A stretch of 64,000 bases of DNA from Escherichia coli. GTDB taxonomy: Bacteria > Pseudomonadota > Gammaproteobacteria > Enterobacterales > Enterobacteriaceae. Positions 1 through 10,016 of the stretch are shown here, one piece after another. Both the position numbers and the translations under genes were made by a program. Every line of letters starts with the position of its first letter. The first letter of the stretch is position 1. Under the pieces are notes generated by a model. It saw nothing but the letters and a program-made list of their open reading frames with translations, was not told the origin of the DNA and ran no database searches. The stretch lies in NCBI RefSeq assembly GCF_003334785.1, contig NZ_QOWV01000007.1. One strand, written 5' to 3'.

Positions 1-170
1 AGCTACCGTTTCCAGTAGTTATCCCCCTCCATCAGGCAGTTTCCCAGACATTACTCACCCGTCCGCCACTCGTCAGCAAAGAAGCAAGCTTCTTCCTGTT
101 ACCGTTCGACTTGCATGTGTTAGGCCTGCCGCCAGCGTTCAATCTGAGCCATGATCAAACTCTTCAATTT
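1..170 (-). rRNA. rrsH: 16S ribosomal RNA, 5' end only (gene continues beyond window start)
   Basis: Reverse complement of 1..170 reads AAATTGAAGAGTTTGATCATGGCTCAGATTGAACGCTGGCGGCAGGCCTAACACATGCAAGTCGAACGG..., the canonical 16S 5' end; mature 5' end at window 170. Operon identity inferred from flanking gmhB. Confidence 0.95.
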
Positions 171-301
171 AAAAGTTTGATGCTCAAAGAATTAAACTTC
201 GTAATGAATTACGTGTTCACTCTTGAGACTTGGTATTCATTTTTCGTCTTGCGACGTTAAGAATCCGTATCTTCGAGTGCCCACACAGATTGTCTGATAA
301 A

Positions 302-313
302 TTGTTAAAGAGC
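302..313 (-). promoter_or_regulatory. rrn leader boxA antitermination element
   Basis: Minus strand reads GCTCTTTAACAA within TGCTCTTTAACAATTTATCAGACAATCTGTGTGGGCACTCG, the conserved rrn leader boxA context. Confidence 0.7.
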
Positions 314-354
314 AGTTGCGACGCGGCTTTCAGCTCACTGTCGCGAGGTGGCGT

Positions 355-382
355 ATATTACGCTTTCCTCTTTCAGAGTCAA
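355..382 (-). promoter_or_regulatory. rrn P2 promoter (-35 TTGACT / -10 TAATAT)
   Basis: Minus strand: TTGACT (window 377-382), 16-nt spacer, TAATAT (355-360), about 185 nt upstream of the mature 16S end. Confidence 0.6.
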
Positions 383-464
383 CCCTGAATTTCAGGATTT
401 TTCTCTTCAACCGAACCGGCTGTTTGTGTGAAGTGATTCACATCCGCCGTGTCGATGGAGGCGC

Positions 465-520
465 ATTATAGGGAGTCGGCTCAGGAAGACAAGCGGAAAA
501 ATGCATTTTTATTTCAACCG
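465..520 (-). promoter_or_regulatory. rrn P1 promoter with A/T-rich UP element
   Basis: Minus strand reads CTTGTCTTCCTGAGCCGACTCCCTATAATGCGCCTCC (-10 TATAAT at 465-470, -35 TTGTC near 487-492), with A/T-rich TTGAAATAAAAATGCATTTTT immediately upstream (496-520). Confidence 0.7.
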
Positions 521-532
521 CTCATCTTTTAA

Positions 533-1108
533 TCATTGTGCCGGTTTTTGCTGCTTTTTTATCGCTTGCGGCAGGTCTGCCAGGCTATTTAACACCCAAT
601 CCGCCGCGTTTTCTGCTTCAGGCGTAATAGGTTTACCCGTACGCACCAGCACTTTTGTTCCCACGTTCGCCGCAACCGCTGCCTGCATATCTTCTAATTT
701 ATCGCCCACCATATAAGAAGCGGCCATATCAATATGCAAATAATCGCGTGCTGACAAAAGCATCCCCGGATGTGGTTTGCGGCAATCGCAGACCTGGCGA
801 AACTCTTCAACACTACCCTGCGGATGATGCGGGCAATAATAGATACCATCCAGATCGACATCTCGGTCCGCCAGCGACCAGTCCATCCACTCGGTCAGCG
901 TTTCAAACTGTGCTTCGGTAAATTTACCGCGAGCAATGCCAGACTGGTTGGTTACTACCACCAGCGCAAAGCCCATTTTTTTTAGCTCGCGCATGGCGTC
1001 AATAACACCGTCGATAAATTCAAAGTTGTCGATCTCATGGACATAGCCGTGATCGACATTAATGGTGCCATCACGGTCAAGAAAAATTGCGGGTACGCTC
1101 TTCGCCAC
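533..1108 (-). CDS. gmhB: D-glycero-beta-D-manno-heptose-1,7-bisphosphate 7-phosphatase (HAD family)
   Basis: 191-aa ORF with HAD motif FLDRDGTIN near the N-terminus; length and position match gmhB upstream of the rrn operon. Confidence 0.93.
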
Positions 1109-1197
1109 CTTTTATAGCTCCTTAATAAGGCATGTGACGCTAGTATCGCATGTTTCGACCTGCAAGAAAGTGCTCTTCGCATAAACCTGATTGATTT

Positions 1198-1213
1198 AGA
1201 CGTCTGGATGCCT
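1198..1213. promoter_or_regulatory. Putative MetJ operator (tandem met boxes) upstream of metN
   Basis: AGACGTCT (perfect 8-bp met box) followed by GGATGCCT, about 90 bp upstream of the metN start. Confidence 0.45.
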
Positions 1214-1295
1214 TAACATCCATTTCATTGACGGCGTTGCCCGTTTCAGGCATTCGAGATGCCACGACTAACTTAATGACGATAATAAATAATCA

Positions 1296-2327
1296 ATGAT
1301 AAAACTTTCGAATATCACCAAAGTGTTCCACCAGGGCACCCGCACCATCCAGGCGTTGAACAACGTCAGCCTGCATGTGCCAGCTGGACAAATTTATGGC
1401 GTTATCGGTGCCTCAGGCGCGGGTAAGAGTACGCTTATACGTTGTGTAAACCTGCTGGAGCGCCCAACCGAGGGTAGCGTGCTGGTCGATGGCCAGGAAC
1501 TGACCACGCTGTCAGAATCCGAGTTGACCAAAGCTCGCCGCCAGATTGGTATGATTTTCCAGCATTTTAACCTGCTCTCTTCGCGTACTGTTTTTGGCAA
1601 CGTGGCTCTGCCGCTGGAGCTGGACAACACACCGAAAGACGAGGTCAAACGTCGCGTGACGGAATTGCTGTCATTGGTTGGTCTTGGCGATAAGCATGAT
1701 AGCTACCCGTCGAATCTTTCCGGTGGGCAGAAACAACGTGTGGCAATTGCCCGTGCGTTAGCCAGCAATCCCAAAGTATTGCTGTGTGATGAAGCCACCA
1801 GCGCGCTGGACCCGGCAACGACACGTTCTATTCTCGAACTGCTGAAAGACATCAACCGCCGTCTGGGGTTGACGATTCTGTTGATCACCCACGAAATGGA
1901 CGTTGTGAAGCGCATTTGTGATTGCGTGGCGGTCATCAGCAATGGAGAACTGATCGAGCAGGACACGGTAAGTGAAGTGTTCTCGCATCCGAAAACGCCG
2001 CTGGCGCAGAAGTTTATTCAGTCGACCCTGCATCTGGATATCCCGGAAGATTACCAGGAACGTCTGCAAGCGGAGCCATTTACTGACTGCGTGCCGATGC
2101 TGCGTCTGGAGTTTACCGGTCAATCGGTCGATGCCCCACTGCTTTCTGAAACCGCGCGTCGTTTCAACGTCAACAACAACATTATTAGCGCGCAGATGGA
2201 TTACGCCGGTGGCGTTAAGTTCGGCATCATGCTGACTGAAATGCACGGCACACAACAAGATACGCAAGCCGCCATTGCCTGGCTGCAGGAACACCATGTA
2301 AAAGTAGAGGTACTGGGTTATGTCTGA
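1296..2327 (+). CDS. metN: Methionine ABC transporter ATP-binding protein
   Basis: 343-aa ORF with Walker [10 protein letters not shown] and ABC signature [15 protein letters not shown]; 8-bp overlap with metI. Confidence 0.95.
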   Translation: MIKLSNITKVFHQGTRTIQALNNVSLHVPAGQIYGVIGASGAGKSTLIRCVNLLERPTEGSVLVDGQELTTLSESELTKARRQIGMIFQHFNLLSSRTVFGNVALPLELDNTPKDEVKRRVTELLSLVGLGDKHDSYPSNLSGGQKQRVAIARALASNPKVLLCDEATSALDPATTRSILELLKDINRRLGLTILLITHEMDVVKRICDCVAVISNGELIEQDTVSEVFSHPKTPLAQKFIQSTLHLDIPEDYQERLQAEPFTDCVPMLRLEFTGQSVDAPLLSETARRFNVNNNIISAQMDYAGGVKFGIMLTEMHGTQQDTQAAIAWLQEHHVKVEVLGYV

Positions 2328-2973
2328 GCCGATGATGTGGCTGCTGGTTCGTGGCGTATGGGAAACGCTGGCAATGACCTTCGTATCCGGTTTTTTTGGC
2401 TTTGTGATTGGTCTGCCGGTTGGCGTTCTGCTTTATGTCACGCGTCCGGGGCAAATTATTGCTAACGCGAAGCTGTATCGTACCGTTTCTGCGATTGTGA
2501 ACATTTTCCGTTCCATCCCGTTCATTATCTTGCTTGTATGGATGATTCCGTTTACCCGCGTTATTGTCGGTACATCGATTGGTTTGCAGGCAGCGATTGT
2601 TCCGTTAACCGTTGGTGCAGCACCGTTTATTGCCCGTATGGTCGAGAACGCTCTGCTGGAGATCCCAACCGGGTTAATTGAAGCTTCCCGCGCAATGGGT
2701 GCCACGCCGATGCAGATCGTCCGTAAGGTGCTGTTACCGGAAGCGCTGCCGGGTCTGGTGAATGCGGCAACTATCACCCTGATTACCCTGGTCGGTTATT
2801 CCGCGATGGGTGGTGCAGTCGGTGCCGGTGGTTTAGGTCAGATTGGCTATCAGTATGGCTACATCGGCTATAACGCGACGGTGATGAATACGGTACTGGT
2901 ATTGCTGGTCATTCTGGTTTATTTAATTCAGTTCGCAGGCGACCGCATCGTCCGGGCTGTCACTCGCAAGTAA
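2320..2973 (+). CDS. metI: Methionine ABC transporter permease
   Basis: 217-aa hydrophobic ORF, translationally coupled to metN (ATGTCTGA overlap). Confidence 0.95.
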   Translation: MSEPMMWLLVRGVWETLAMTFVSGFFGFVIGLPVGVLLYVTRPGQIIANAKLYRTVSAIVNIFRSIPFIILLVWMIPFTRVIVGTSIGLQAAIVPLTVGAAPFIARMVENALLEIPTGLIEASRAMGATPMQIVRKVLLPEALPGLVNAATITLITLVGYSAMGGAVGAGGLGQIGYQYGYIGYNATVMNTVLVLLVILVYLIQFAGDRIVRAVTRK

Positions 2974-3012
2974 CGTTCAACACAACATAAATAATTGAAG
3001 AAGGAATAAGGT

Positions 3013-3828
3013 ATGGCGTTCAAATTCAAAACCTTTGCGGCAGTGGGAGCCCTGATCGGATCACTGGCACTGGTAGGCTGCGGTCAGGATGAAAAAGATC
3101 CAAACCACATTAAAGTCGGCGTGATTGTTGGTGCCGAACAGCAGGTTGCAGAAGTCGCGCAGAAAGTTGCGAAAGACAAATATGGCCTGGACGTTGAGCT
3201 GGTAACCTTCAACGACTATGTTCTGCCAAACGAAGCATTGAGCAAAGGCGATATCGACGCCAACGCCTTCCAGCATAAACCGTACCTTGATCAGCAACTG
3301 AAAGATCGTGGCTACAAACTGGTCGCAGTAGGCAACACTTTTGTTTATCCGATTGCTGGTTACTCCAAGAAAATCAAATCACTGGATGAACTGCAGGATG
3401 GTTCGCAGGTTGCCGTGCCAAACGACCCAACTAACCTTGGTCGTTCACTGCTGCTGCTGCAAAAAGTGGGCTTGATCAAACTGAAAGATGGCGTTGGCCT
3501 GCTGCCGACCGTTCTTGATGTTGTTGAGAACCCCAAAAATCTGAAAATTGTTGAACTGGAAGCACCGCAACTGCCGCGTTCTCTGGACGACGCGCAAATC
3601 GCTCTGGCAGTTATCAATACCACCTATGCCAGCCAGATTGGCCTGACTCCGGCGAAAGACGGTATCTTTGTTGAAGATAAAGAGTCCCCGTACGTAAACC
3701 TGATCGTGACGCGTGAAGATAACAAAGACGCCGAGAACGTGAAGAAATTCGTCCAGGCTTATCAGTCTGACGAAGTTTACGAAGCAGCAAACAAAGTGTT
3801 TAACGGCGGAGCTGTTAAAGGCTGGTAA
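3013..3828 (+). CDS. metQ: Methionine-binding lipoprotein (ABC substrate-binding)
   Basis: 271-aa ORF with signal peptide and lipobox LVGC; NlpA-type binding protein. Confidence 0.95.
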   Translation: MAFKFKTFAAVGALIGSLALVGCGQDEKDPNHIKVGVIVGAEQQVAEVAQKVAKDKYGLDVELVTFNDYVLPNEALSKGDIDANAFQHKPYLDQQLKDRGYKLVAVGNTFVYPIAGYSKKIKSLDELQDGSQVAVPNDPTNLGRSLLLLQKVGLIKLKDGVGLLPTVLDVVENPKNLKIVELEAPQLPRSLDDAQIALAVINTTYASQIGLTPAKDGIFVEDKESPYVNLIVTREDNKDAENVKKFVQAYQSDEVYEAANKVFNGGAVKGW

Positions 3829-3865
3829 TTTTTAGGCTGTTTCCACAATTTGTAATATCATTCAG

Positions 3866-3893
3866 GACGGGCGCTTGCCCGTCTTGTCATTTT
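3866..3893 (+). terminator. Intrinsic terminator after metQ
   Basis: Hairpin GGACGGGCGCTTGCCCGTC followed by a T-rich run. Confidence 0.5.
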
Positions 3894-3945
3894 TACAAGC
3901 TCCTGATTCAATATTGACGTTTTGATCATACATTGAGGAAATACT

Positions 3946-4350
3946 ATGCGTGCTTTACCGATCTGTTTAGTAGCACTCATGCTAAGCGGCTGTTCCATGT
4001 TAAGCAGATCCCCTGTCGAACCCGTTCAAAGCACTGCACCCCAGCCGAAAGCGGAGCCTGCAAAACCGAAAGCGCCGCGCGCCACGCCGGTCCGAATTTA
4101 TACCAATGCAGAAGAATTAGTCGGCAAACCGTTCCGCGATCTCGGTGAAGTCAGTGGCGACTCTTGCCAGGCCTCTAATCAGGACTCTCCGCCGAGCATT
4201 CCAACCGCACGTAAGCGGATGCAAATCAACGCCTCTAAAATGAAAGCCAATGCTGTATTACTGCATAGCTGCGAAGTCACCAGCGGTACGCCAGGCTGCT
4301 ATCGTCAGGCTGTATGTATCGGTTCTGCGCTTAACATTACGGCGAAATGA
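3946..4350 (+). CDS. rcsF: Outer-membrane lipoprotein sensor of the Rcs phosphorelay
   Basis: 134-aa ORF with lipobox LSGC and a Pro/Lys-rich linker; 4-bp overlap with tsaA. Confidence 0.93.
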   Translation: MRALPICLVALMLSGCSMLSRSPVEPVQSTAPQPKAEPAKPKAPRATPVRIYTNAEELVGKPFRDLGEVSGDSCQASNQDSPPSIPTARKRMQINASKMKANAVLLHSCEVTSGTPGCYRQAVCIGSALNITAK

Positions 4351-5054
4351 GCAGTTTCCAGTTCGAGCAAATAGGCGTTATTCGCTCGCCCTATAAAGAA
4401 AAGTTCGCCGTTCCGCGCCAGCCAGGTCTGGTAAAAAGCGCCAACGGCGAACTGCATCTCATTGCTCCCTACAACCAGGCCGACGCCGTTCGCGGCCTGG
4501 AAGCGTTCAGCCATTTATGGATCCTTTTCGTCTTTCATCAAACGATGGAAGGCGGCTGGCGTCCGACTGTGCGTCCACCGCGCCTCGGCGGTAACGCCAG
4601 AATGGGGGTTTTCGCAACACGCTCTACTTTCCGCCCTAACCCAATTGGCATGTCGCTGGTAGAGCTGAAAGAGGTTGTTTGCCATAAAGACAGCGTGATT
4701 CTGAAGCTCGGCAGTCTGGATCTGGTCGATGGTACGCCGGTAGTGGATATCAAACCGTATCTCCCCTTTGCCGAATCGCTTCCCGATGCCAGTGCCAGCT
4801 ATGCGCAAAGTGCGCCAGCTGCAGAGATGGCGGTGAGTTTTACCGCAGAGGTCGAAAAGGAGCTTTTGACGCTGGAGAAGCGTTATCCGCAGTTAACGCT
4901 GTTTATCCGCGAAGTACTGGCGCAGGACCCGCGCCCGGCCTATCGTAAAGGTGAGGAAACGGGCAAAACCTATGCCGTCTGGCTACATGATTTTAACGTT
5001 CGCTGGCGCGTCACCGACGCAGGTTTTGAAGTCTTTGCGCTGGAACCGCGTTAA
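4347..5054 (+). CDS. tsaA: tRNA (adenine37-N6)-methyltransferase, YaeB/TrmO family
   Basis: 235-aa ORF matching the YaeB family; position between rcsF and proS. Confidence 0.9.
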   Translation: MSSFQFEQIGVIRSPYKEKFAVPRQPGLVKSANGELHLIAPYNQADAVRGLEAFSHLWILFVFHQTMEGGWRPTVRPPRLGGNARMGVFATRSTFRPNPIGMSLVELKEVVCHKDSVILKLGSLDLVDGTPVVDIKPYLPFAESLPDASASYAQSAPAAEMAVSFTAEVEKELLTLEKRYPQLTLFIREVLAQDPRPAYRKGEETGKTYAVWLHDFNVRWRVTDAGFEVFALEPR

Positions 5055-5165
5055 ATTCACGCCCTTCTCTTTTGACATTTCTTTTGCACTGGTAAACTAA
5101 ATCACTTTTTTTTGTCCCAGGCTCGCCTTGAGCCTGTTCTACCTTCCAACTGGAACCGTAACAAC

Positions 5166-6884
5166 ATGCGTACTAGCCAATACCTGCTCTCCACTCTCAA
5201 GGAGACACCTGCCGACGCCGAGGTGATCAGCCATCAGCTGATGCTGCGCGCCGGGATGATCCGCAAGCTGGCCTCCGGGTTATATACCTGGCTGCCGACC
5301 GGCGTGCGCGTTCTGAAAAAAGTCGAAAACATCGTGCGTGAAGAGATGAACAACGCCGGTGCGATCGAGGTGTCGATGCCGGTGGTTCAGCCAGCCGATT
5401 TGTGGCAAGAGAGTGGTCGTTGGGAACAGTACGGTCCGGAACTGCTGCGTTTTGTTGACCGTGGCGAGCGTCCGTTCGTACTCGGCCCAACTCATGAAGA
5501 AGTTATCACTGACCTGATTCGTAACGAGCTTAGCTCTTACAAACAGCTGCCGCTGAACTTCTATCAGATCCAGACCAAGTTCCGCGACGAAGTGCGTCCG
5601 CGTTTCGGCGTCATGCGTTCCCGCGAATTCCTGATGAAAGATGCTTACTCTTTCCATACTTCTCAGGAATCCCTGCAGGAAACCTACGATGCAATGTATG
5701 CGGCCTACAGCAAAATCTTCAGCCGCATGGGGCTGGATTTCCGCGCCGTACAAGCCGACACCGGTTCTATCGGCGGCAGCGCCTCTCACGAATTCCAGGT
5801 GCTGGCGCAGAGCGGTGAAGACGATGTGGTCTTCTCCGACACCTCTGACTATGCAGCGAACATTGAACTGGCAGAAGCTATCGCGCCGAAAGAACCGCGC
5901 GCTGCTGCTACCCAGGAAATGACGCTGGTTGATACGCCGAACGCGAAAACCATCGCGGAACTGGTTGAACAGTTCAATCTGCCGATTGAGAAAACGGTTA
6001 AGACTCTGCTGGTTAAAGCGGTTGAAGGCAGCAGCTTCCCGCTGGTTGCGCTGCTGGTGCGCGGTGATCACGAGCTGAACGAAGTTAAAGCAGAAAAACT
6101 GCCGCAGGTTGCAAGCCCGCTGACTTTCGCGACCGAAGAAGAAATTCGTGCCGTGGTTAAAGCCGGTCCGGGTTCACTGGGTCCGGTAAACATGCCGATT
6201 CCGGTGGTGATTGACCGTACCGTTGCGGCGATGAGTGATTTCGCTGCTGGTGCTAACATCGATGGTAAACACTACTTCGGCATCAACTGGGATCGCGATG
6301 TCGCTACCCCGGAAGTTGCAGATATCCGTAACGTGGTGGCTGGCGATCCAAGCCCGGATGGCCAGGGTACGCTGCTGATCAAACGTGGTATCGAAGTTGG
6401 TCACATCTTCCAGCTGGGTACCAAGTACTCCGAAGCACTGAAAGCCTCCGTACAGGGTGAAGATGGCCGTAACCAAATCCTGACGATGGGTTGCTACGGT
6501 ATCGGGGTAACGCGTGTGGTAGCTGCGGCGATTGAGCAGAACTACGACGAACGAGGCATCGTATGGCCTGACGCTATCGCGCCGTTCCAGGTGGCGATTC
6601 TGCCGATGAACATGCACAAATCCTTCCGCGTACAAGAGCTTGCTGAGAAACTGTACAGCGAACTGCGTGCACAAGGTATCGAAGTGCTGCTGGATGACCG
6701 CAAAGAGCGTCCGGGCGTGATGTTTGCTGATATGGAACTGATCGGTATTCCGCACACTATTGTGCTGGGCGACCGTAACCTCGACAACGACGATATCGAA
6801 TATAAATATCGTCGCAACGGCGAGAAACAGTTAATTAAGACTGGTGACATCGTCGAATATCTGGTGAAACAGATTAAAGGCTGA
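5166..6884 (+). CDS. proS: Prolyl-tRNA synthetase (class II)
   Basis: ORF-track entry starts at an upstream in-frame ATG; the start at MRTSQYLL (5166) gives 572 aa with class II motifs and an editing insertion. Confidence 0.95.
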
Positions 6885-6890
6885 TGCCAG

Positions 6891-6921
6891 AAAGGGTCCT
6901 GAATTTCAGGGCCCTTTTTTT
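6891..6921 (+). terminator. Intrinsic terminator after proS
   Basis: AGGGTCCTGA...TCAGGGCCCT hairpin followed by TTTTTTT. Confidence 0.65.
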
Positions 6922-6937
6922 ACATGGATTGTATAAA

Positions 6938-7762
6938 ATGGATAAACCAAAGGCGTACTGCCGCCTGTTTCTCCCCAGCTTTCTTTTACTTTCGGCTTGT
7001 ACCGTTGATATCAGCCAGCCAGACCCATCAGCCACAGCAGTAGATGCCGAGGCAAAAACATGGGCTGTCAAATTCCAGCATCAAAGCTCTTTCACCGAAC
7101 AATCAATAAAAGAAATAACGGCACCTGATCTCAAACCCGGCGATTTGCTGTTCTCCTCAAGCCTTGGGGTAACCTCATTTGGAATCCGCGTCTTCAGCAC
7201 TTCCTCTGTGAGTCACGTTGCAATCTTTCTGGGTGATAATAACGTTGCAGAAGCGACAGGCGCTGGCGTCCAGATCGTTTCCCTTAAAAAAGCGATGAAG
7301 CATAGTGATAAGCTTTTCGTCTTACGAGTCCCGGATCTTACCCCGCAACAAGCCACAGATATCACCGCGTTTGCCAATAAAATCAAAGATAGCGGTTATA
7401 ACTATCGCGGCATTGTCGAATTTATTCCCTTTATGGTGACTCGCCAGATGTGCTCACTGAATCCGTTCTCCGAGGATTTTCGCCAACAGTGCGTCAGCGG
7501 CCTGGCGAAAGCGCAGTTAAGCAGTGTGGGCGAAGGAGACAAAAAGTCGTGGTTTTGTTCGGAATTTGTCACGGATGCCTTTGCCAAAGCCGGGCATCCA
7601 CTTACACTGGCGCAATCGGGCTGGATTAGCCCTGCCGATCTGATGCATATGCGTATTGGTGATGTCTCTGCGTTTAAGCCAGAAACGCAGTTACAGTATG
7701 TTGGGCACCTGAAGCCTGGGATTTATATCAAGGCGGGTCGCTTTGTTGGTTTGACCCGGTGA
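6938..7762 (+). CDS. yaeF: Putative lipoprotein, YaeF/YiiX family (predicted permuted papain-like hydrolase)
   Basis: Start chosen at MDKPKAYCRLF (274 aa); signal peptide with lipobox LLSAC; conserved Cys in WFCSEF. Confidence 0.85.
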   Translation: MDKPKAYCRLFLPSFLLLSACTVDISQPDPSATAVDAEAKTWAVKFQHQSSFTEQSIKEITAPDLKPGDLLFSSSLGVTSFGIRVFSTSSVSHVAIFLGDNNVAEATGAGVQIVSLKKAMKHSDKLFVLRVPDLTPQQATDITAFANKIKDSGYNYRGIVEFIPFMVTRQMCSLNPFSEDFRQQCVSGLAKAQLSSVGEGDKKSWFCSEFVTDAFAKAGHPLTLAQSGWISPADLMHMRIGDVSAFKPETQLQYVGHLKPGIYIKAGRFVGLTR

Positions 7763-7764
7763 TA

Positions 7765-7890
<126 letters not shown>

Positions 7891-7961
7891 AACGTGCAAA
7901 TTCAAAATGTTGAAATATATCCTTCTGGCCTGTTTTGCGTTTGTTTCTGTCTCAAGACGGG

Positions 7962-8672
7962 TTACTGCCCCAAACTACTGCAATCCTGGTTGGGGTAAAA
8001 TTTCCCTGCCGTATCGGGTGCCAATACTTTAGTCGGCGCACCGGTATCCGGATTACCCTCAAGCGTAAAGTGACCTTCTACTGACAGTAACACCGGTTTT
8101 TCACTGTGACCGCGCGCAGCCAGGTAGCTACGCTCCAGCTCTGCGTTATTCGCTACCATGAAACGTTTTCCGGTCGCGCAATCAGTGAAGGTCGCCGCAT
8201 CAGCCATATAAAAATACATGCCCCGCAGGGTCATCGGCGTCATAGGTAAACTGGATTGTGCCGCTTCCAGCGTATAGTTGAACTGCGATTCAATCGGATT
8301 GCCTTCACGATCGAGCATCTCCAGCGCATCGCCTTTCGCCCGATAATATGACTTTTCACCTTTGCTGTCGGTTAATACCAGCTTGTCAGCGGTTCGCGCC
8401 CATGTACCGTAGGAAGCGAAGGAGGAAGGTTCTTCACGAGCACCGAGATAACGCTCATTCATCACCCATGTTCCGTCTTTTTCGAGGAACAGAGAGGTTT
8501 CGATTCCTTCGCAATCGGCACACGGCAGCACGCCGCGCCAACTTTGCGGCATCGGTTTCAGTTCGGCAGCCTGCGCCGGAGAAAGCGTATCGACTTCGGC
8601 CCGATTATTACATCCCATCAGAGTAAAGAGGCTGATTACAGCCATCGCTGTCACTATCGCTTTTTTCACCAT
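7962..8672 (-). CDS. nlpE: Outer-membrane lipoprotein NlpE (Cpx-pathway surface sensor)
   Basis: 236-aa ORF with lipobox LMGC and a CxxC motif (LPCADCEG). Confidence 0.92.
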   Translation of the reverse strand: MVKKAIVTAMAVISLFTLMGCNNRAEVDTLSPAQAAELKPMPQSWRGVLPCADCEGIETSLFLEKDGTWVMNERYLGAREEPSSFASYGTWARTADKLVLTDSKGEKSYYRAKGDALEMLDREGNPIESQFNYTLEAAQSSLPMTPMTLRGMYFYMADAATFTDCATGKRFMVANNAELERSYLAARGHSEKPVLLSVEGHFTLEGNPDTGAPTKVLAPDTAGKFYPNQDCSSLGQ

Positions 8673-8685
8673 CCATTCCTTCTTT

Positions 8686-9108
8686 TTATTCCCGACCGCT
8701 GCGCACTTTGCCGCGCATCGCCTTCACGCTTGATTTTTGTGCTTTCGATGCCAGCCTGCGCTCTTTCGATGCACGGGTGGGCCGCGTGGGTCGTCGGGCT
8801 TTTTTTTCTGTTGTTAATTCTTTAATCATAGCCACCAGCCGGGCCAGAGCTGCTTCGCGGTTCAGTTCCTGACTGCGGTATTCCTGTGCCTTAATGACAA
8901 TCACGCCATCACTGCTGATCAAATGATGGCTGGCGGCGAGCAGACGCTCTTTGTAATACTCTGGCAGGCTGGACGCCCGAATGTCAAAACGCAGATGAAT
9001 AGCCGTTGAGGTCTTATTAACATGCTGCCCGCCCGCGCCCTGCGCACGAATGGCGGTGATCTCAAGCTCACCATCGGGAATAGCAACATGTCGGGAAATC
9101 ACAATCAT
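8686..9108 (-). CDS. arfB: Peptidyl-tRNA hydrolase ArfB (alternative ribosome rescue factor B)
   Basis: 140-aa ORF with GGQ motif ([10 protein letters not shown]) and a basic C-terminal tail. Confidence 0.93.
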
Positions 9109-9650
9109 GAAGGTTGTTGCCAGGCGGTTAAGTTCACTTCCAGATTATTCTTATCATCCGATAACCAGATCACGCCATCCTGAATCGTTGCCTGCAGCGT
9201 CATGGTACGATCGGCAAAGGCGCTTACTTTCGCCAGTTGTTCATCGTCCAGATACCAGACGGAAAGATTGGCAAACTGCACACATTTGCTCTGATTTTGC
9301 TGCCACCAGATTTGCGCCGCCCGACTATTATAGGTAAACAGCGCCACTTCTGCGGCCTGGGTGCAGGCTTTCTTAATCCGCCGCTCATCCGGCAGCCCCA
9401 GCTCAATCCACAAATCAATGCCCAGGTGATCGTTACGCAGCCACGCTTCCGGCTCATCATCGGCACACAAACCACGGGTAAATTGCAGACGTTCATCAGC
9501 ATATTTCAGCCACGCCAGCAAGCGCAGCATCATACGCTCCTGGGTTTCTGAAGGATGGCGCGCCAGCGTCAGAGAGGCATCGAGAAACTGGTTGCGGTCG
9601 AGATCGGCCACATTAACCGTCGCTTTATAAATTGTCGCTTTAAGCGCCAT
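9105..9650 (-). CDS. yaeQ: YaeQ family protein (function unknown)
   Basis: 181-aa ORF; its stop overlaps the arfB start by 4 bp. Confidence 0.9.
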
Positions 9651-9815
9651 AAGAAAACTCCTTTCGAATCAGGAGGCCATTGTAACGGAATACGTGCAGT
9701 TGCGGCGCTGATATTGCAGAAATGAGTGTGGTATAGTCACCTTGCGAAACAGAGTTTATCTTCGTAGGCTTAGACTTGCATCCACGGTTAAGTCAGAGTG
9801 CTGACAGGAGGGCAT

Positions 9816-10016
9816 GTGGAAAAATATTGTGAGTTAATACGCAAGCGGTACGCGGAAATCGCCAGCGGAGACTTAGGATACGTTCCGGACGCGCTGGGCT
9901 GCGTTTTGAAAGTGCTGAATGAAATGGCTGCCGACGACGCCCTTTCTGAGGCTGTCAGGGAAAAAGCAGCATACGCTGCGGCAAACTTACTGGTGAGCGA
10001 TTATGTCAATGAATGA
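9816..10016 (+). CDS. yaeP: Small protein YaeP (UPF0253)
   Basis: 66-aa product from a GTG start preceded by AGGAGG; ORF-track entry begins 6 codons upstream at an ATG. Confidence 0.8.

Noticed and set aside
501-716. 71-aa plus-strand ORF over the rrn P1 UP element and the gmhB 3' end
   Set aside because: It overlaps the promoter region and is antisense to gmhB; there is no reason to prefer it over the regulatory interpretation.
5112-5165. Upstream ATG starts in the ORF track for proS, rpsB, rseP, fhuC, erpA, btuF, cdaR, yaeR and thpR
   Set aside because: In each case a downstream start gives the conserved protein length and N-terminus, often with a better Shine-Dalgarno spacing; the upstream extensions run into promoters, terminators or neighbouring genes.
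5280-6071. 263-aa ORF antisense to proS, plus other 100-230-aa antisense ORFs inside dnaE, fhuA, glnD and dapD
   Set aside because: All are nested within strongly supported genes on the opposite strand and show atypical Arg/Phe/His-rich composition; none has start-site signals.
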